DNA of 64,000 nucleotides from Perkinsus olseni (Eukaryota): NCBI GenBank assembly GCA_013115125.1, contig JABANN010000106.1, positions 1 to 64,000 of the forward strand, read 5' to 3'. Shown piece by piece: positions 36,255 to 50,554 of this stretch (position 1 is its first letter; each line of letters starts with the position of its first letter). The notes under the pieces were generated by a model. It saw only the letters and a program-made list of their open reading frames with translations, ran no database searches and was not told where the DNA came from. The position numbers and the translations under genes were made by a program.

Positions 36255-39200
36255 TCAACGCAACCCGCCGAGGTACTGTAAACTCGTATCAAGGGATCAC
36301 TACAAAGAGGTTTCCTCCCATAAAGTTACCACTCCTAACGTTATCAGTTCGGTCTACTGTACCCTTTACCGCCTTGATAGTACTGAGTCAGCGGACCTAC
36401 AAGGCGCCGAGCTAATTTCGTGGCGCGCGACATTACCCGACTCTACCTCCCTTCTGCCTCTTGGACGGGTCATAAGCACCAATATCGTACGGCCGCTTGT
36501 ACCTAGTCAGAGCCCTCCAACACACTCCCCCCTCAACCACCCGCCACCCCTCTTACGCGTAGTATTGCTGTTGCTGTGGTCCCCCATTGGCATACCCCTT
36601 GCCACCCGATTGGTATCTGATAGAGCTAGAGGTGTCAGAAAACCCCACCAGTAACTCCGCCACCGCTCACCCTCTCTGATACTGACCACCCACAGGCCCT
36701 CGACCAGAAGCTGGATTGTCTGAAAGGGTATCGTTGGGCGTGCGCTTCGACTGCCATTCCTCATCGGGTTCGAAACCAGCCATCACTTACATCTAGCATG
36801 GTACGGTCCGCTATGCTGCTGGTAAGACTGGTAGCCGCCCTTGCCACTCCGAGAGTAGTCGACTCTCCTCCCTCCTCCCTTTCCTCCGCTGTAGTGCGAC
36901 ACCACCGGTTGGATGACCATCAACTTAGCACTCTCATCACCAGCAGCAATCCTAGCCTCCCTCTCCCTTCTAGCCGCCTCCGTGAGCCGTACAAAGGTCG
37001 ATAACGGCGCATCAATATCATGCACTGCCTTCAAGACACCATCCTTATCGATCATGATCGTATCAACCAGCAGAGTATCCAAGATCTGATCCAAGCTGTG
37101 CGCACCGTAAAGAGACGGAACCAGCACGCCCCTCATAACGTAGGTTTGGTAATAGTGCTGCAACAGGGACTTATGAATTCCCTTGAGGTCGGCATCCTGT
37201 GACGTAGCGTCGCGCTCAAAGGCATGGCACAGGAGGTGTAGCTCGTAGCAGAGGTTCATCAACTGCCAGTCCACCAGCTGGAACTTGGCGAACAGCGGCG
37301 TCTTCTTGGCATCGATATCACATACATCCTCCGGCACCCACACGTCCACCTCCGCGGGAGCATCCTCCATCTTCTCATCTGGACCTGTGCATGCGTGCAA
37401 AATTCCTACAAAGCTTGTCACCCGGATTCAAGTACATGCGTGCAAAAGGCGTACCGTAACTTCCCCAAGTAATCATCATCCAATACCCCCTCACCTTCAG
37501 TCTTTTTCTCTTCCCCCTTCTCCTCTTCCTCCTGCTCCTCCTTCTTCTCACTTCTAGCCTTAGCCTGTTCCTCCTGGTACAGCCTCTGAGCCTTCCTCCA
37601 CTCCAACTTGGTATTCATCCAGGCCTCCATCTGCTGCTTGAACCAATCCGTCGGTCCCGTGATGCTCGGCACCTTCTCCAAGACCTTGTGCGACTTCACC
37701 CATGCTTCCAGCCTCCTACAACAAACCTCTCACCATGACCGCTGCGCCACAAAATTCCCTACTGAGTCGCGGCGGCCTTCTTCTCCCACACAAAATTGAT
37801 ACTATCGAAAGCCTGCAGTCCACGAGGTGTCTTCTCCGTCTCTTGTGGTAATGTGAACGACAAGTAACACTCCGACAAAGCCTTGTGGCTGATATCACTG
37901 AAGGGCATCTTCCTGTAGCAACCCTCAGACCTGACAACACACGCTCCCCAACATTTCCCACCGGTAGAGTCGAAAGGAAGCACCGCTAGAGCACAACCTA
38001 CAGTTGCTCTTCACGAACCAGATTAGCGGTGCGACTATCCTCAACATTCTCAACCCGCCTAACGAACAACGTGATCGTTCTTATTCCCTAGGACAATACA
38101 AATCAGAGAAGCGTAGTGCATCGAGTGCCACTAGCACTTAGAAGCACGCTGATAGCAGCTGATCAATGTAATACGATCTTGTTGCTAAGTTTACACCACA
38201 CCAATGGTAGAGAACGATTGAAACAGGACTACTCCATCGACTATGCCGGATACGCCTATAGCCTACAGCCGCAAGCTCACCGAGCGCAGCGTGGCACTTG
38301 ACACATCCTACGTTTCACTACCACCCACAATTGTTTATGCTAGTCCCCCAACACCCAGCCCTACAGTCGTTGCTTTATCTCTTCATCAGTGACCTCTGTT
38401 GGTGGCAGTGTCGGCTCGGGCTCTTCTTCCTCTTCCTCCGCCTCTTCCTTCGGGGCCTCCTCCTGCAATACAAAGGTGCTCTCTCATCCCAGACTATCAC
38501 CTCACTTCCAAAATCATTCACCATAGCGATACTCAGCCACATACATCGTACGACTGCCGTCACGCCCTCTCTCCCCAGTGGGGAGAGACTGGGGAGTCCC
38601 CAGTGGGGAGTCCCCACCCCACCTTTTTTTCCTCAACAGGAGCTGGTTGCATCTTCTGGTCATCCTCCTCAGTCTTCGCCTCGTCCTTCCCCTCATCACC
38701 AGCTTCCTTAGCAGTAGCTGCTGCTGCTTCCTCTCTCTTCTTCCTCGCGTCCTCCGCGGCCTCTATGCGAGCCCTCTCAGCAGCACGGGCAGCTTCACGC
38801 ACTACCACAGGAAATATCAGTCAGCTGCCCTATGCCGCCTCCCAACGAGACCAATATTCTATCATATTAAGGCGTCTTTGCCCACCGCCCGCAGGGCCAG
38901 TCGATCCGTATTTACCCACCCAGGTTCGATCCCTGCAGCCTACCTTTCTTCGCTCTCTCCCTCTCCATTTGCCTAATCTTGTACTCATGCTTCAACACAT
39001 TCAACTTTCTCTCCCGTTCCAACTCCTTTTCCGCGAAGATCTCCCCCCTCACTATATCCTTCACATACGCAGTGTAATCAGCTGCGGGCTTACCAACACA
39101 TACGACCGCAGTACCTACAGTAGCAGCAACAGCAGCCATACCGTCACAATAGGAATTCATCGTTCTCCAGAAACTGAGTTCTCTGCCGCGCAAATTTACA

Positions 39201-42200
39201 GCGAAGCGACGCAAAGTTCAAGTATGCCTTAAGCGACTCTTTAACAAACAGACAAGGCCTACCGCCCAGGGCGCTCGAGGGAATGAGTGAATCACCACAT
39301 AACAATAAATAAATGCCCAGACAAGGAATCGAACCAGGGTCACAGCACTAACGGAACATAACAAGGACGGAGAAATCGTAGCTCGGGATCAAGACGACGT
39401 CCCTCCTATTACGTTCTCTTCCCGGGAACTGCTCCATTATTTTACTCCTCTCCTCTTCCAACAGCCCTCCGCGTATCTCCACCAGTACCTATCACCGCGA
39501 TGATCTCCTGCCATACTGCATCGCTCCGCCCTATATTACCAGATTCTTCCGCCCATGCGGCATCCTAGCGAACTCTCTCAGCTGCTTCCGTACGAATCCT
39601 TCGTCAAAAGGTTGCACACCGAAAAGGAAGTCGGGGCGGTCATTCGAGGCCACTGGGCCCCGGCGTATTGGGCGGAGAGCTGACGCCTTGAACCTTATCA
39701 GAAGTAACGGATGATGACGGGCCGGTAATGGAGGCGCCCTTACCAGTCAAACATGGTCCTCTCAGAGAGTTCAACGTATTTATGAGGATTCTGTTCGAGG
39801 AAATAATCGACATAATCGAAGACACCTTCATCAGGCAATCCAATAACCATAACAGCCTCGGGGTGGTCGTTATTGGAGGTGTACCAGGGGTTGATACATA
39901 CATCATTCGCACTACTCTGTTGGAAGGATCGGATCTTGAATGGCAGAGGAACCAACAGACCACCAAAAGGGCTCATGTCCGTCATCCTCGGGTCATCAGC
40001 CTTATACCCGAGATTGGCCTCAACTCGAACGTTCTTGAAGGTAATGGTGGGGTAGAGCTCCTCACCGATGAGCTTTTCAGGCAACTTCACAGGCGGACCG
40101 GCCCTTACACCATTCTTGAATAATGATATCGTGTTACCGTGCTCCTTAGACTCGTCAAGATTCAATACCACAGCCACAACGTCATTGAGACCTACAAGCG
40201 ATCGAGGTCCCCGGTTCAAATGCAGGTATCTGCATTTTCCTGGAAGGCATGTATTACCAAAAGCGGCAGTAGGCACATTGGGTGCTATATGAGTTCCCTT
40301 GATAATCGTCGGAGCAGCTGAAAGAAAACTCATTGAGAAAACCCAAGATCGAGCAAGATAGCAAGATTTCCCTCACCTGAGGTTCCTGGTGCGTACATCC
40401 TATGATCAAGACCCGAATCGAATCCAACTCCGAGGTCAGAAGAGCCGAGTAGCAGCCCTCCATCAGCCGTCGAGAAGCCCACTCGGAGGAGGTGTCTAAC
40501 GAATCATACATCAGCCCGTACCACACCACAGCCTATCCAACGCAAGGATTGGGAAAACCTCAACGTATCGTCATGATATACGTGAGAGAAGGATGTCCCA
40601 GTGAAGCGCCGCCCGGCCAGCCATTCTGCCTGTCAGCGATGATCAAGCTGTGTTCCCCGTTGTGGTTTCGTGCAGGGCTGCGGGGCCATCGCGGTACCGT
40701 GTATGCTTATCCCCACGTTTACTCCCTCGCAACTGCCCAGATCTCCACGAGGGCGCTTCCAAAGTCATGCATGATGGTTACATCGATCGACTGCGCTGGT
40801 TGGTCTCCTGGGTTTGTGTTACCTTCCGCTGTCCAGGCAGAATCCACAGCCGAAGCGTCGCATTTTTGACAATTTTCCCCACCCGCTTTAAAAGTCCTCC
40901 AGGAAGATACCAAACCGAAGCAAGCAAGAATCCCGGCATTTTCACGCACTATGAAAGTTAGCGCAAGTTCAAAGCCCCATCAACTGCGACGTCTCGAGCC
41001 GCCTTACCGCGTCAGCGAACACCTCTAGCGCTCCTTGCACGCCGACGACATGCAGAACAACAGAGCGGCAGCGGAGGAAACAGTGTAGCTGCAAAAATCA
41101 TCATCAACAACCATCAGCAAAGCACAAGTGCCATTCCTATCACTGCCGAGTTCGCCTTGTCAAACTTTTCGCATTCGGACACCTCAATGCAAGGGACTCA
41201 AAAATTCACGCCAAGGCTCGTGACATCTGCTTCACACTCAACCTTCAGTTCGAGTCCGCTCATCTTAACCGCATTAACGAGTCTTCCAGCAGGTCGTCCT
41301 ATTACCCACCACGCCAAACAAGCGTTTTCCCCCACAACCGAAGCGCATTTTCTCGTCTTGGCGCGATGCTTCTGGTCCTCCCTACCGACGATGCTATCGT
41401 AGACTTTCCCGAGAGTCTCGGGCCCAGACCACGAACCATGAAATGTCGTCCTCTACTGTACACTGCCCTAAGGTAACGGTGGGAGCTTTCGGCGACGACT
41501 CACTTCCTTCGATGGGCAGACTTCCCCCTCTTCTTCGCGACCTCTAATACATCCTACTTAGTCGGCCTACTACTGCCTCTTACTTAACATCAACGTGGCA
41601 GACGTTACCGTATACTACCGTCGGTAGTGCAGTTCCGGTCTCGCCCCTGTCATACCGTAATTTTCCCAACTCCCATCCTAAGCTTCCCACGGTTCGACAT
41701 GGAAGCACGGCGCTCTCCAAGTAGCGCCACCCTATCTGCTGCCCCTCTGCACTCCCGCACTACCTATGAGGTGGGATGTGAGCTTGAGCGTTGCACGGAC
41801 TGTCCAACACCGATAGCACTTCAACTATCCTCACCTAACACCAACCACCATCATCCACTACCATCGTCTCCCCACCATCACCTCCCTACCTCAAACACAA
41901 AGTTATGTTTACTGCCCGGCTTAGCGCCAACATTGGCCCGCACGCCACTCAGAAGATACTGGAAGCCTTCTGTCGAATAGCTGCTGATGATACCATTGGT
42001 ATCGTCGAAGTTGGTGTCCAGCGTCGAATCAAAGGCACCGAACTTGCAGTCAACATTCACCTTCGCTCGGTTGTCCTCCTCACAATCCACCTCCTCGCGG
42101 AACACCTACCCCAGGCACGCCCATCGCCCCCTCCTACCCCAGCACCGGGCCCTACCGGTTCTTCAGGCTGCCCTGTAGACGCCCCTCCAGCGACGGAAGG

Positions 42201-42377
42201 AGCACCGGCATCAACCATCTCTACATCCTTCGCTCCAATCGTCTGAAGAAATCGGGGATCGACTAGCAACGATGAGCTTGACTGCAGCACTTCGGCCTGC
42301 TGTGGTGGCGCCGACTCGGATGCAGGAGGCGACGGTAAATCAACTGTCTCCTTCGAAGGCTCCTTAGCACCCTCCAT
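36255..42377 (-). CDS. SPRY-domain hnRNP U-like protein, paralogue A (many exons)
   Basis: GFQYLLSGVRANVG, VLNLD..NTISLFKNGVRAG, LYPTITFKNV..NLG, VIGLPDEGVFD, coiled coils and an RGG/Tyr-rich tail. 3' end approximate. Confidence 0.72.
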
Positions 42378-42635
42378 TATAAGTGAAACAAGAGGACAGA
42401 CGAACCACTAATGGACAGAATGGCGTATGAAGCAGAATACACTTTTCTGGACTCTCTCCGAACTTCTTCGAGTTGAGCTCCATCGGACCATACCCGCCGA
42501 GTAACGCAACAGGCTAGGAAGCGCCAACAATGCATAAAACGTATGATAGACTACTTTCTATACTCTTACGGTTCTTCTTATCGTTACCACCACCGAAAAC
42601 CACGTCGCGGCTCAGGACTCGCTATCGGTCGGAAA

Positions 42636-45600
42636 TCAATATCGTCGCTGAGGCGGTGGTGGAGGAGGGCCACCAGGACCGCTTCCGCCAGAGAATCGTC
42701 GGTAATGGTAACTTGGATTGGCGTTGCTGCTACCATAGCTACTCGTAGCTCCTGCAAACAGCACCATAATCAACCCTACAACTTGCCCATCTAGGAGCGA
42801 AAATTCTAATACCACCCCTCCTGCAGGAGTAAGAGCAACTACTACGCCCACATTATCGCACGAAAGGGGACAACAGAGACTATTAGAATTCATAAGATAA
42901 TCCATCTCGCTGCATTGCTTCTTCAAAAACCTCCACGGAAGTCCGAGAACGACTCTCCCTCCCTTTCCACACTCACCACGTTCCCAATAGGCTCCCCCTT
43001 CACCATAGCCTCTGTAACGCTTATTAGGGCTGTCATTAGGAAGATAGTACTGCTGCTGCTGCTGTTGGTGAGCACCAGCCGGAGCAGAAGGAGCGGCACT
43101 CGGATAAGCACGCTTGTACCTACACGAACCCCAAGACTCAATCGTCTCACACCAAGATCATGCTAATGCGTGACAAGGATTCACCCCAGAATTCTTCGAT
43201 ACCCTATAACCCACCTACCCGCTATTATACTGATTGCCCCCAAAGGACGGCCTCCCCGGTGGCCCCGACGTCGGCTGAGGTGGCCCTGCTGCAGCACTAG
43301 CAGAGAATCTATTATAAGCCACCACTCGAGGCTGAGCAGGTGGCACTGAGAACTGCGGCGGAGGGACTGCTGGTCGATGGTCGATCCGCGAGGGCGCGTG
43401 GGCGGGTGGCCCCCGAGCTGCCGGTGACCGAGGACGATGGGCTTGGACGGGAGCAGGTCTGTATGGTAAGGTCGATGCTGGTGGCCCTGCCGGCGCTGGA
43501 CGGAGGGAAACTGAATGACACAGAATTAAATACCAAAACGGACACCATCACAACAAAAACTGCATCGCTCCGCTCCCGCTGTGTTCCTGGCCGGAACACA
43601 CGCGGGACCCAGCCCGTACTTTAGCCTCCAGAAATACTTTACTCAGTGAGTAAACTCACCTGAGCTGTCGCTGCGTCGAGGTCTACTAGCCGCCCTTCCG
43701 CCACCACGAGAAGTCGTGCTAATCCAGCGACCGCCCGATGGCCCCCTCCGAGATCCGCCAGATTGCCTTCTTCTCCCCGAGTTACTCTTAGCTTCGCTCC
43801 GCTCACTTTCCGCAGCATTTTTGACCACCAACTCCGCCGAGTTGTCACCTGCGGCTATCAGCTTCTGCCTCTCCCTCCTGGCCGCCTCCGTCAGACGCAC
43901 AAAGGTCGAGAACGGGGTATCCACCTCATGGACCGCCATCAACACGCCCCTGTCGTCAACCATAATCGTATCAGTCACCAAACGATCCAGCAAGTCATCG
44001 ATGCTCTTCGCTCCGCAAATACCCGGCGTCAGATTTTTCTTGAAGTACAGCAGATAGTAGTACCCCAGCAGGCTCCTGTGTATACCAACGACATCAGCAT
44101 CGGACACGTCCTTCTTGAACGAGTGACAGAGAAGGTGCAGCTCGAACCGCAGACTGAGGAGGTTCCAGTCCACCGCTTCGAATTGGCCATAAAGCGGGGT
44201 CTGCTCTCCATCCACATTGTCGATGTCCTCCGCAGCCCAGACGTCCTCCTCCTCACCCTCCTTCTGCCCTTCGGTACCTACAGAGGTCCCGAGTTCAATC
44301 CCGGGTACTGGTATTTTACTACCCTCCTTTATCGCTGCCGTTTTCTTATCCCTGTACATCCTATCCAGTTTCCGCCACTCCACCTTGGTCTGTGTCCAGG
44401 ATTCCAGCTGCTTGGTGAACCACTCACTAGGTCCCTTAATTGAGGATACTCTCTCCAGAATCTTATGATTCTTGATCCACGTCGTCAAATACCTGAGGAC
44501 CATCCAACCTAACCCACCATCCTCCATAACTATCTACCAACACCAGCGTCTCCAATTCGTGCCTTGATAATTTCACCAATCGTAAATGACGACCATAGCA
44601 TGTTTCTTAAATTACTCCCTCGACGTTTCGGGTGTCAGAGAAACAGAAGACAGAGGCTACTTGTGTCAATTTTCAATCCACGCCTCTAGTCCCGAATACT
44701 CGACTCATTGGTTTTCAAAATTCTTTCACAGTCACGCCACACCCGCTCGTCCTTCGGCAAATGATACGGTACACGAACGGCTGCACCCAGCAGCAGTCCT
44801 TCGTCCGCTTACGTCCTCGCCTCCTCCTCTCCATCCCATACAAAACGTATACCATTGAAGACAGGTACGCCCGGTCTCAACTCCTCATCAGCGGAGGGTA
44901 ACGAAAAGCGCAAGAAGGCAGAGGTAACCGCGTCTTTGGTGAGATCCGGCAAGGGCAGCTTTCTGAACCGACCTCCTCCAGCCCTGAGACGATCGAGCCA
45001 TAAGGAGCCGAGATCAGTCACGCCAGAAATGTTCCAAACAGATGGACAAGCGGAGCAGACGACCTCCTGAGCTTCAGGTCGGCGGTTCAAACCCCACCCC
45101 GGGCATTACATTTTGGCCATTATTTCTTCAGAGGTGACCTCGATCTCAGGCATCTGAGGCTCAGTCTCCTCCTCTTCCTTCTCTCCCTCCTCCTCCACCG
45201 CACCAGGAGTACCATTGTCCATCCCAATAGGGCTCTGTCCGCCCGCTACCTGAAGATGCGGATACTCCACTACCAGCTCTACCGCACAGCGAAGATTTTA
45301 TTCCACATTTATGTTGTATAAAAGAGAACGTTATGACCGATGGCGACGCATCATCAGGACTTACCGGGCCTTGAGCATCCGACGCCCCTCCTGACGTGCG
45401 GGCCTCGGCCGCCTTCTTAGCTGCTGCGGCCCGTGCGGCTGCTTCTTGCCGCTTCTGACGTGCCTCCTCCGCAGCATCCTTCCTAGCCTTGGCCGCTGCC
45501 TCCATCAAGGACTCACCTGAAGACATCAACGACAGTGCCACAACAGAGTAATCGCCAACACTCATACGTGCAACTACGCGATCCAAGAGAGACCAACGCG

Positions 45601-48501
45601 TGTTAATACCCGACACGAACCCGAACCAACTACGTCTCTTCTGTGCCTCCCTCTCCTCCTTCCGCTTCGTGTACTCCCCCATTTTCTTCTTCCATTCACT
45701 TCTCGCCTTGCCAGTCTTCTTCCTCTCCAGATCAGCCCCCACCAGGCCTTGCACGTATTCGAGATACCCCTTATCTGGGTGACCGACGCATACTACGGCG
45801 ACACCTGATAAATAAAGGATCAACTGGTTCCAGTCCATTCCAGGGCAACTAAGAGTCACACTAAAGGCTAGACCTGAGAGATTCCGAACCTAGGAAGAGT
45901 CAAACTAGGTTCAGAGACTCCGATGAATCCTGATATCAGAAGGATGGAAAACTCATTTATCTGCAAACGAGAAAGCTGGGATCGTGTCGCCATCCTACGC
46001 AGGACTTCCCGTCCGAACCTCCTCGTCACTAACGACAGGCTCCCGCCCCTCGTCGACGGCCCCCGAGAATCTCCAGTGACTACCCCGCTGCACTCACGTC
46101 TTTTCATCGTGTAATCGCTCATCAATTTCTTCCGCTCCACCTCTGACAAACCCTTCTCAACTTCCACATGGACCTGGAAACAGTCTTCAGTTTAATCGCC
46201 CCGGGCCGATTGAACCAACGCCTGCCTACAACAGATCGCTGATGGTGAGCGTTCTCCAGGAACCTCCGCAGTTGCTTTAGCATCCCTGTATGGACATCCA
46301 GCGGCTTCACACCGTACTGATGCCCCGGACGGTCATTGGAGGCACTGCCCGACTTCTTCAGAGTCTTCAAACCCGACTTCCGCAACCTGATCGTGGCATG
46401 GTCATCCGAATGAAGGAAAGGAGGCGTCCTTACCAGTCAAACATGGTCCTCTCGGAGAGTTCAACGTATTTATGAGGATTCTGTTTGAGGAAATAATCGA
46501 CATAATCGAAGACACCTTCATCAGGCAATCCAATAACCATAACAGCCTCGGGGTGGTCGTTATTGGAGGTGTACCAGGGGTTGATACATACATCATTCGC
46601 ACTACTCTGTTGGAAGGATCGGATCTTGAATGGCAGAGGAACCAACAGACCACCAAAAGGGCTCATGTCCGTCATCCTCGGGTCATCAGCCTTATACCCG
46701 AGATTGGCCTCAACTCGAACGTTCTTGAAGGTAATGGTGGGGTAGAGCTCCTCACCGACGAGCTTTTCAGGCAACTTCACAGGCGGACCGGCCCTCACAC
46801 CATTCTTGAATAATGATATCGTGTTACCGTGCTCCTTAGACTCGTCAAGATTCAATACCACAGTCACTGTCTCGTTCAAACCTACCAACGACCGAAAATC
46901 GACAATCGTTCAGTACTTCGCTCCGCCTACTAAATCTGCTTCCACGGCCATGTCGATGCTTCCCTTCCCAAATCCCTCCATCAGAGTCGAAGCACACCGT
47001 GGCTTCATGTGCCCCCAGAATTACTCCCGCGTTTAACGTACCAAACCCTACCCTCAACGCATGCCTGAAACAGCGATCAATGGGAGAACCAAATGCTACC
47101 AAGATGAAGGCCAGCGATACATACCCAGGAAACAGCTTCTAAATCGCGATAGTACGGAAAAGATCGCTCTTTTCAGAAAAGAGCTTTTCTGATAATTTGG
47201 AGCACTGCATATGCTGTTCCCTCTACCATGGGAATCACAACAATGTAGTCTACTCACTGGAAGAGCATCACCGTTCAACGTTCGTTCTTTACGCTCGCAT
47301 TCCCGTCTACCAATACAGCCTCAAACAGACTTCATCTCCACATCAGTCTCTCTAGGAAGTCCCCCCGCCTCCCTCAGATCCACAGCACCCCAATCTTACT
47401 TTTTTGCTGGCAAGTGGGCATGGCTCGAGCTCTGTGCATCCAGTGGAGTCAACACTTCAACTATCCTCACCTAAAAACAACCACCATCATCCACTACAAT
47501 CGTCCTCTCACCATCACCCTCATCACCTCAAACACAAAGTTATGTTTACTGCCCGGCTTAGCGCCAACATTGGCCCGCACGCCACTCAGAAGATACTGGA
47601 AGCCTTCTGTCGAATAGCTGCTGATGAGGCCTCCTGTACGGTCGAAGGTGGTGTCCAGCGTAGCGTCCAGAGGGCCAAACACGCATTCGGTGGTCAACTT
47701 CTCCTCTTCTTCAACCGGCTCACAGTCAGCCTCTTCGACAAAACCCTGAAAGGAGAAAATCGGCCGTTAAAAAGTGAGCTTCGCTCCGCCTTCCAGGATT
47801 ACCCTCGGTTTAGTTTCTTCGTGTACTTCGACGGTCTCCTCATGTCCCTTCTCTTCAGCAGCGTCTTGTACCACAACTTCCGTACTCTCCATCACCGCGT
47901 CGGTGCCGTAATCAACCTGACTTAAACGTCCACGGGGGATTCGAACCCGATACCTTCCGATTACCTCCTCCTGTTGCTCCTCTTCCTCCAACTCCACGTC
48001 TGTACCGTGCATTCGCGGCTTCTCCGTCGTCTCCTCCACTTCAACCACCGATGAGCTTGCCGCCTCCCCAGAAGGAGTCTCTTCAACGCCCGGACTTTCT
48101 TCCATCACAATGTCAGGCGAGCTCGCCTGAACAGCCACATGACCTCGCTGAGCCACTCGACTGAACAGGTCTCCGGTTCGAACCCCAGAAGAGGTATTAT
48201 CACCTCCTGCTCCTGCACGGAAGGTCTCCCTTCTACCTCTTCCTCCTGCGCCGGAGACTCGTGCACATCATCTTCGACATCCTCCACTACTTCAGCCATT
48301 ACGGCCTCCTCCTGAGTTCACGGGAATCTCCTACATAGCCTGCCGCTGTCTGTAGATGCCTCCCGCGACTACCTCTTCCTCGTCATCCTCGACGTCATTC
48401 ATTTCCTCCAGTCCCTTGAGTATATCATCCTCCTCAGTTAGCGCATTGTCCGGTCGGGGTTTGGACTTTGCAGCAGTCCTCGACGAAGACCGTGTTGTCA
48501 T
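42636..48501 (-). CDS. SPRY-domain hnRNP U-like protein, paralogue B (many exons)
   Basis: Same domain order as paralogue A (e.g. DWNLLSLRFELHLLCHSF vs DWQLMNLCYELHLLCHAF); acidic N-terminus; low-complexity tail ending PPPPQRRY*. Confidence 0.72.
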
Positions 48502-50554
48502 GAATTAGTTCAGTTGACAACGACAAGAGAAGGGGAAGAAAAAGTGCGATTAACTAAAAGGAGGAGCGACCCGAGCGAACTAGCTCCGCAGACAGTGGGG
48601 GGTGAACATCCCAAAGGAGGACGGAGCGTCACCAAGGCTGGCCCCGACCGTCATTTTGTCTCAACAACGAAGTGCGATCGTGTGAGGATCTGACCCAACC
48701 GACTGCGGCTAACACCACTATCCTAGTAGGAGGTAAGACGTGAGAATCTCCGAGGCTCATTGACGACTACTGGCCGCCTCCTCCCAGCATTTGGGCACTC
48801 CAACGCAAATACGAGATGAAGCAAGGAGGAGAACAGTGCGGGGCGCCCACTAAGAGAGATTAGCGGTGCAGGCTGGCAATGGTACAGGGCATAGTACACA
48901 CCAACCTCGCATCGAAAAATCTTCCGTGTGCGCAATATGATACTCAGATACGCCGACGTGTACAGAAACCCTCGCTCTGCGAAGTTGAATGGCGAGACAA
49001 CCACCACCATCATCCTCCACCACCACCCGTCAGTGCCATCATAGTTTCCAAGTTCCTCTGGACGGCCAACACCTGCATCAACACGACCTATGCATCTGCC
49101 GAGCCCGGCAAGGCGTCACGTAGAATCATCGGCGTTGCCCACCACGCCCAAACCCTTCGAGCCCACACCCGGCGTCTCACCGTTATGACAGCCGCCAGGG
49201 CGAGCATGACCATCTTGAGGAGCTGTCGGGCTCTCCATCTATGCCGACCGCCTCGACCTTCTACACCATCCTCTACTGCACTGTCCGGTCTACATCGCCG
49301 CGCTGGTGGACCCTTCCCTCGATACCGGAGGAAACCGAAGGCCCCCGGGGATGACGATGAGCGACACCGGGCGTCCGAATGCCGTCCGCCCTGAAGAAAA
49401 GCACAACCGTCTCTACCTCACCTAGCCTTCATGACAGACGTTATCATGAAAAAGTGGAGACCCATCGATGTCCCTCTGCTCAGAGCTGTGCGCAGAAGAA
49501 CAGCGGCCCATGCATTCCCTCCCGCCCAGGAAATCCCCAATCCTCGGGAACAACATCGGATGCTCAATAGACTGGGATTGTCTTCCACATACTAAATCGA
49601 GCCCTGGGAGCGCTCTTGAGAGGCAGCCCATTGAACAGCCGCAGAGCATGGTCAGACCTAGATCCCTACCTTCATCCCATGCATCGGTCTGCACGCCCCA
49701 CCACCGCCACAACTCATGTCGTCGCAGGTCGAACAGCTACGTCGCCGTGTCTCCACTACCTACAGAGAATAGCACCACCATCATCAACTACGCTATTCAA
49801 AAAGGAACCGTTCGGCCAAGCCTTTGGCACAGGAATCATACAAAGTAAACAGCAATGGTCACTCAGTATTTACATCAGCAGCTCTCCGCACTCTAACCCA
49901 CAGCTCTTCGATCTCGGCTTCCGTAGGAGCCTCTTGTTGGCTTGGTGATGCACCATCGCCGTCCATCGACCCTATTCATCGAACACATACATCGACATGA
50001 GTAGCCACCCCACTGTACTACTTAGTATCTCCTTCGCCTCGGGGACAAGTCCTGTCATGTCCCGCTCGATCTCCTCCTTAGACTTCCCTGACGCGTCCAC
50101 CTGAAGACGACCCAGCTACATTGACATACGCCATCTCAATCGCTAAACCAAGCCCCTGGACACAGCGGCCCAACCCTACCGGCATCGGCGCGATAAGCTG
50201 GCATGTGTCAGTCAACACGAGGGATAACAGATGAATATGGCGGAGATGACGCTCACCGGATACCGAGTGGGATCCTAGCTCTAGTAGCATCGGCATGACG
50301 AGCGGGAATGAATTATCCAACATTAGCTATCGAGTAACGATGACGATACCGACGAGCCGGCCAGAGCCCCGGAGACATCCGCGAGATCATCAATGAACGA
50401 AAATTGGCATCATCCGCCCAACAAACAATCGACTCCGTCCAATAAAGTGCAGGAGTGCCCAACCTCTGTTCGCAAGAACCGCTGCGGCAAGTACGAAACT
50501 TGAGACCAAAAAGAGGCGCCCACCGAGACTCAAACAGGCCAAATTCTCATCTCA

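Noticed and set aside
48723-49948. Overlapping plus-strand ORFs
   Set aside because: No domain recognised; frame and exon structure ambiguous.
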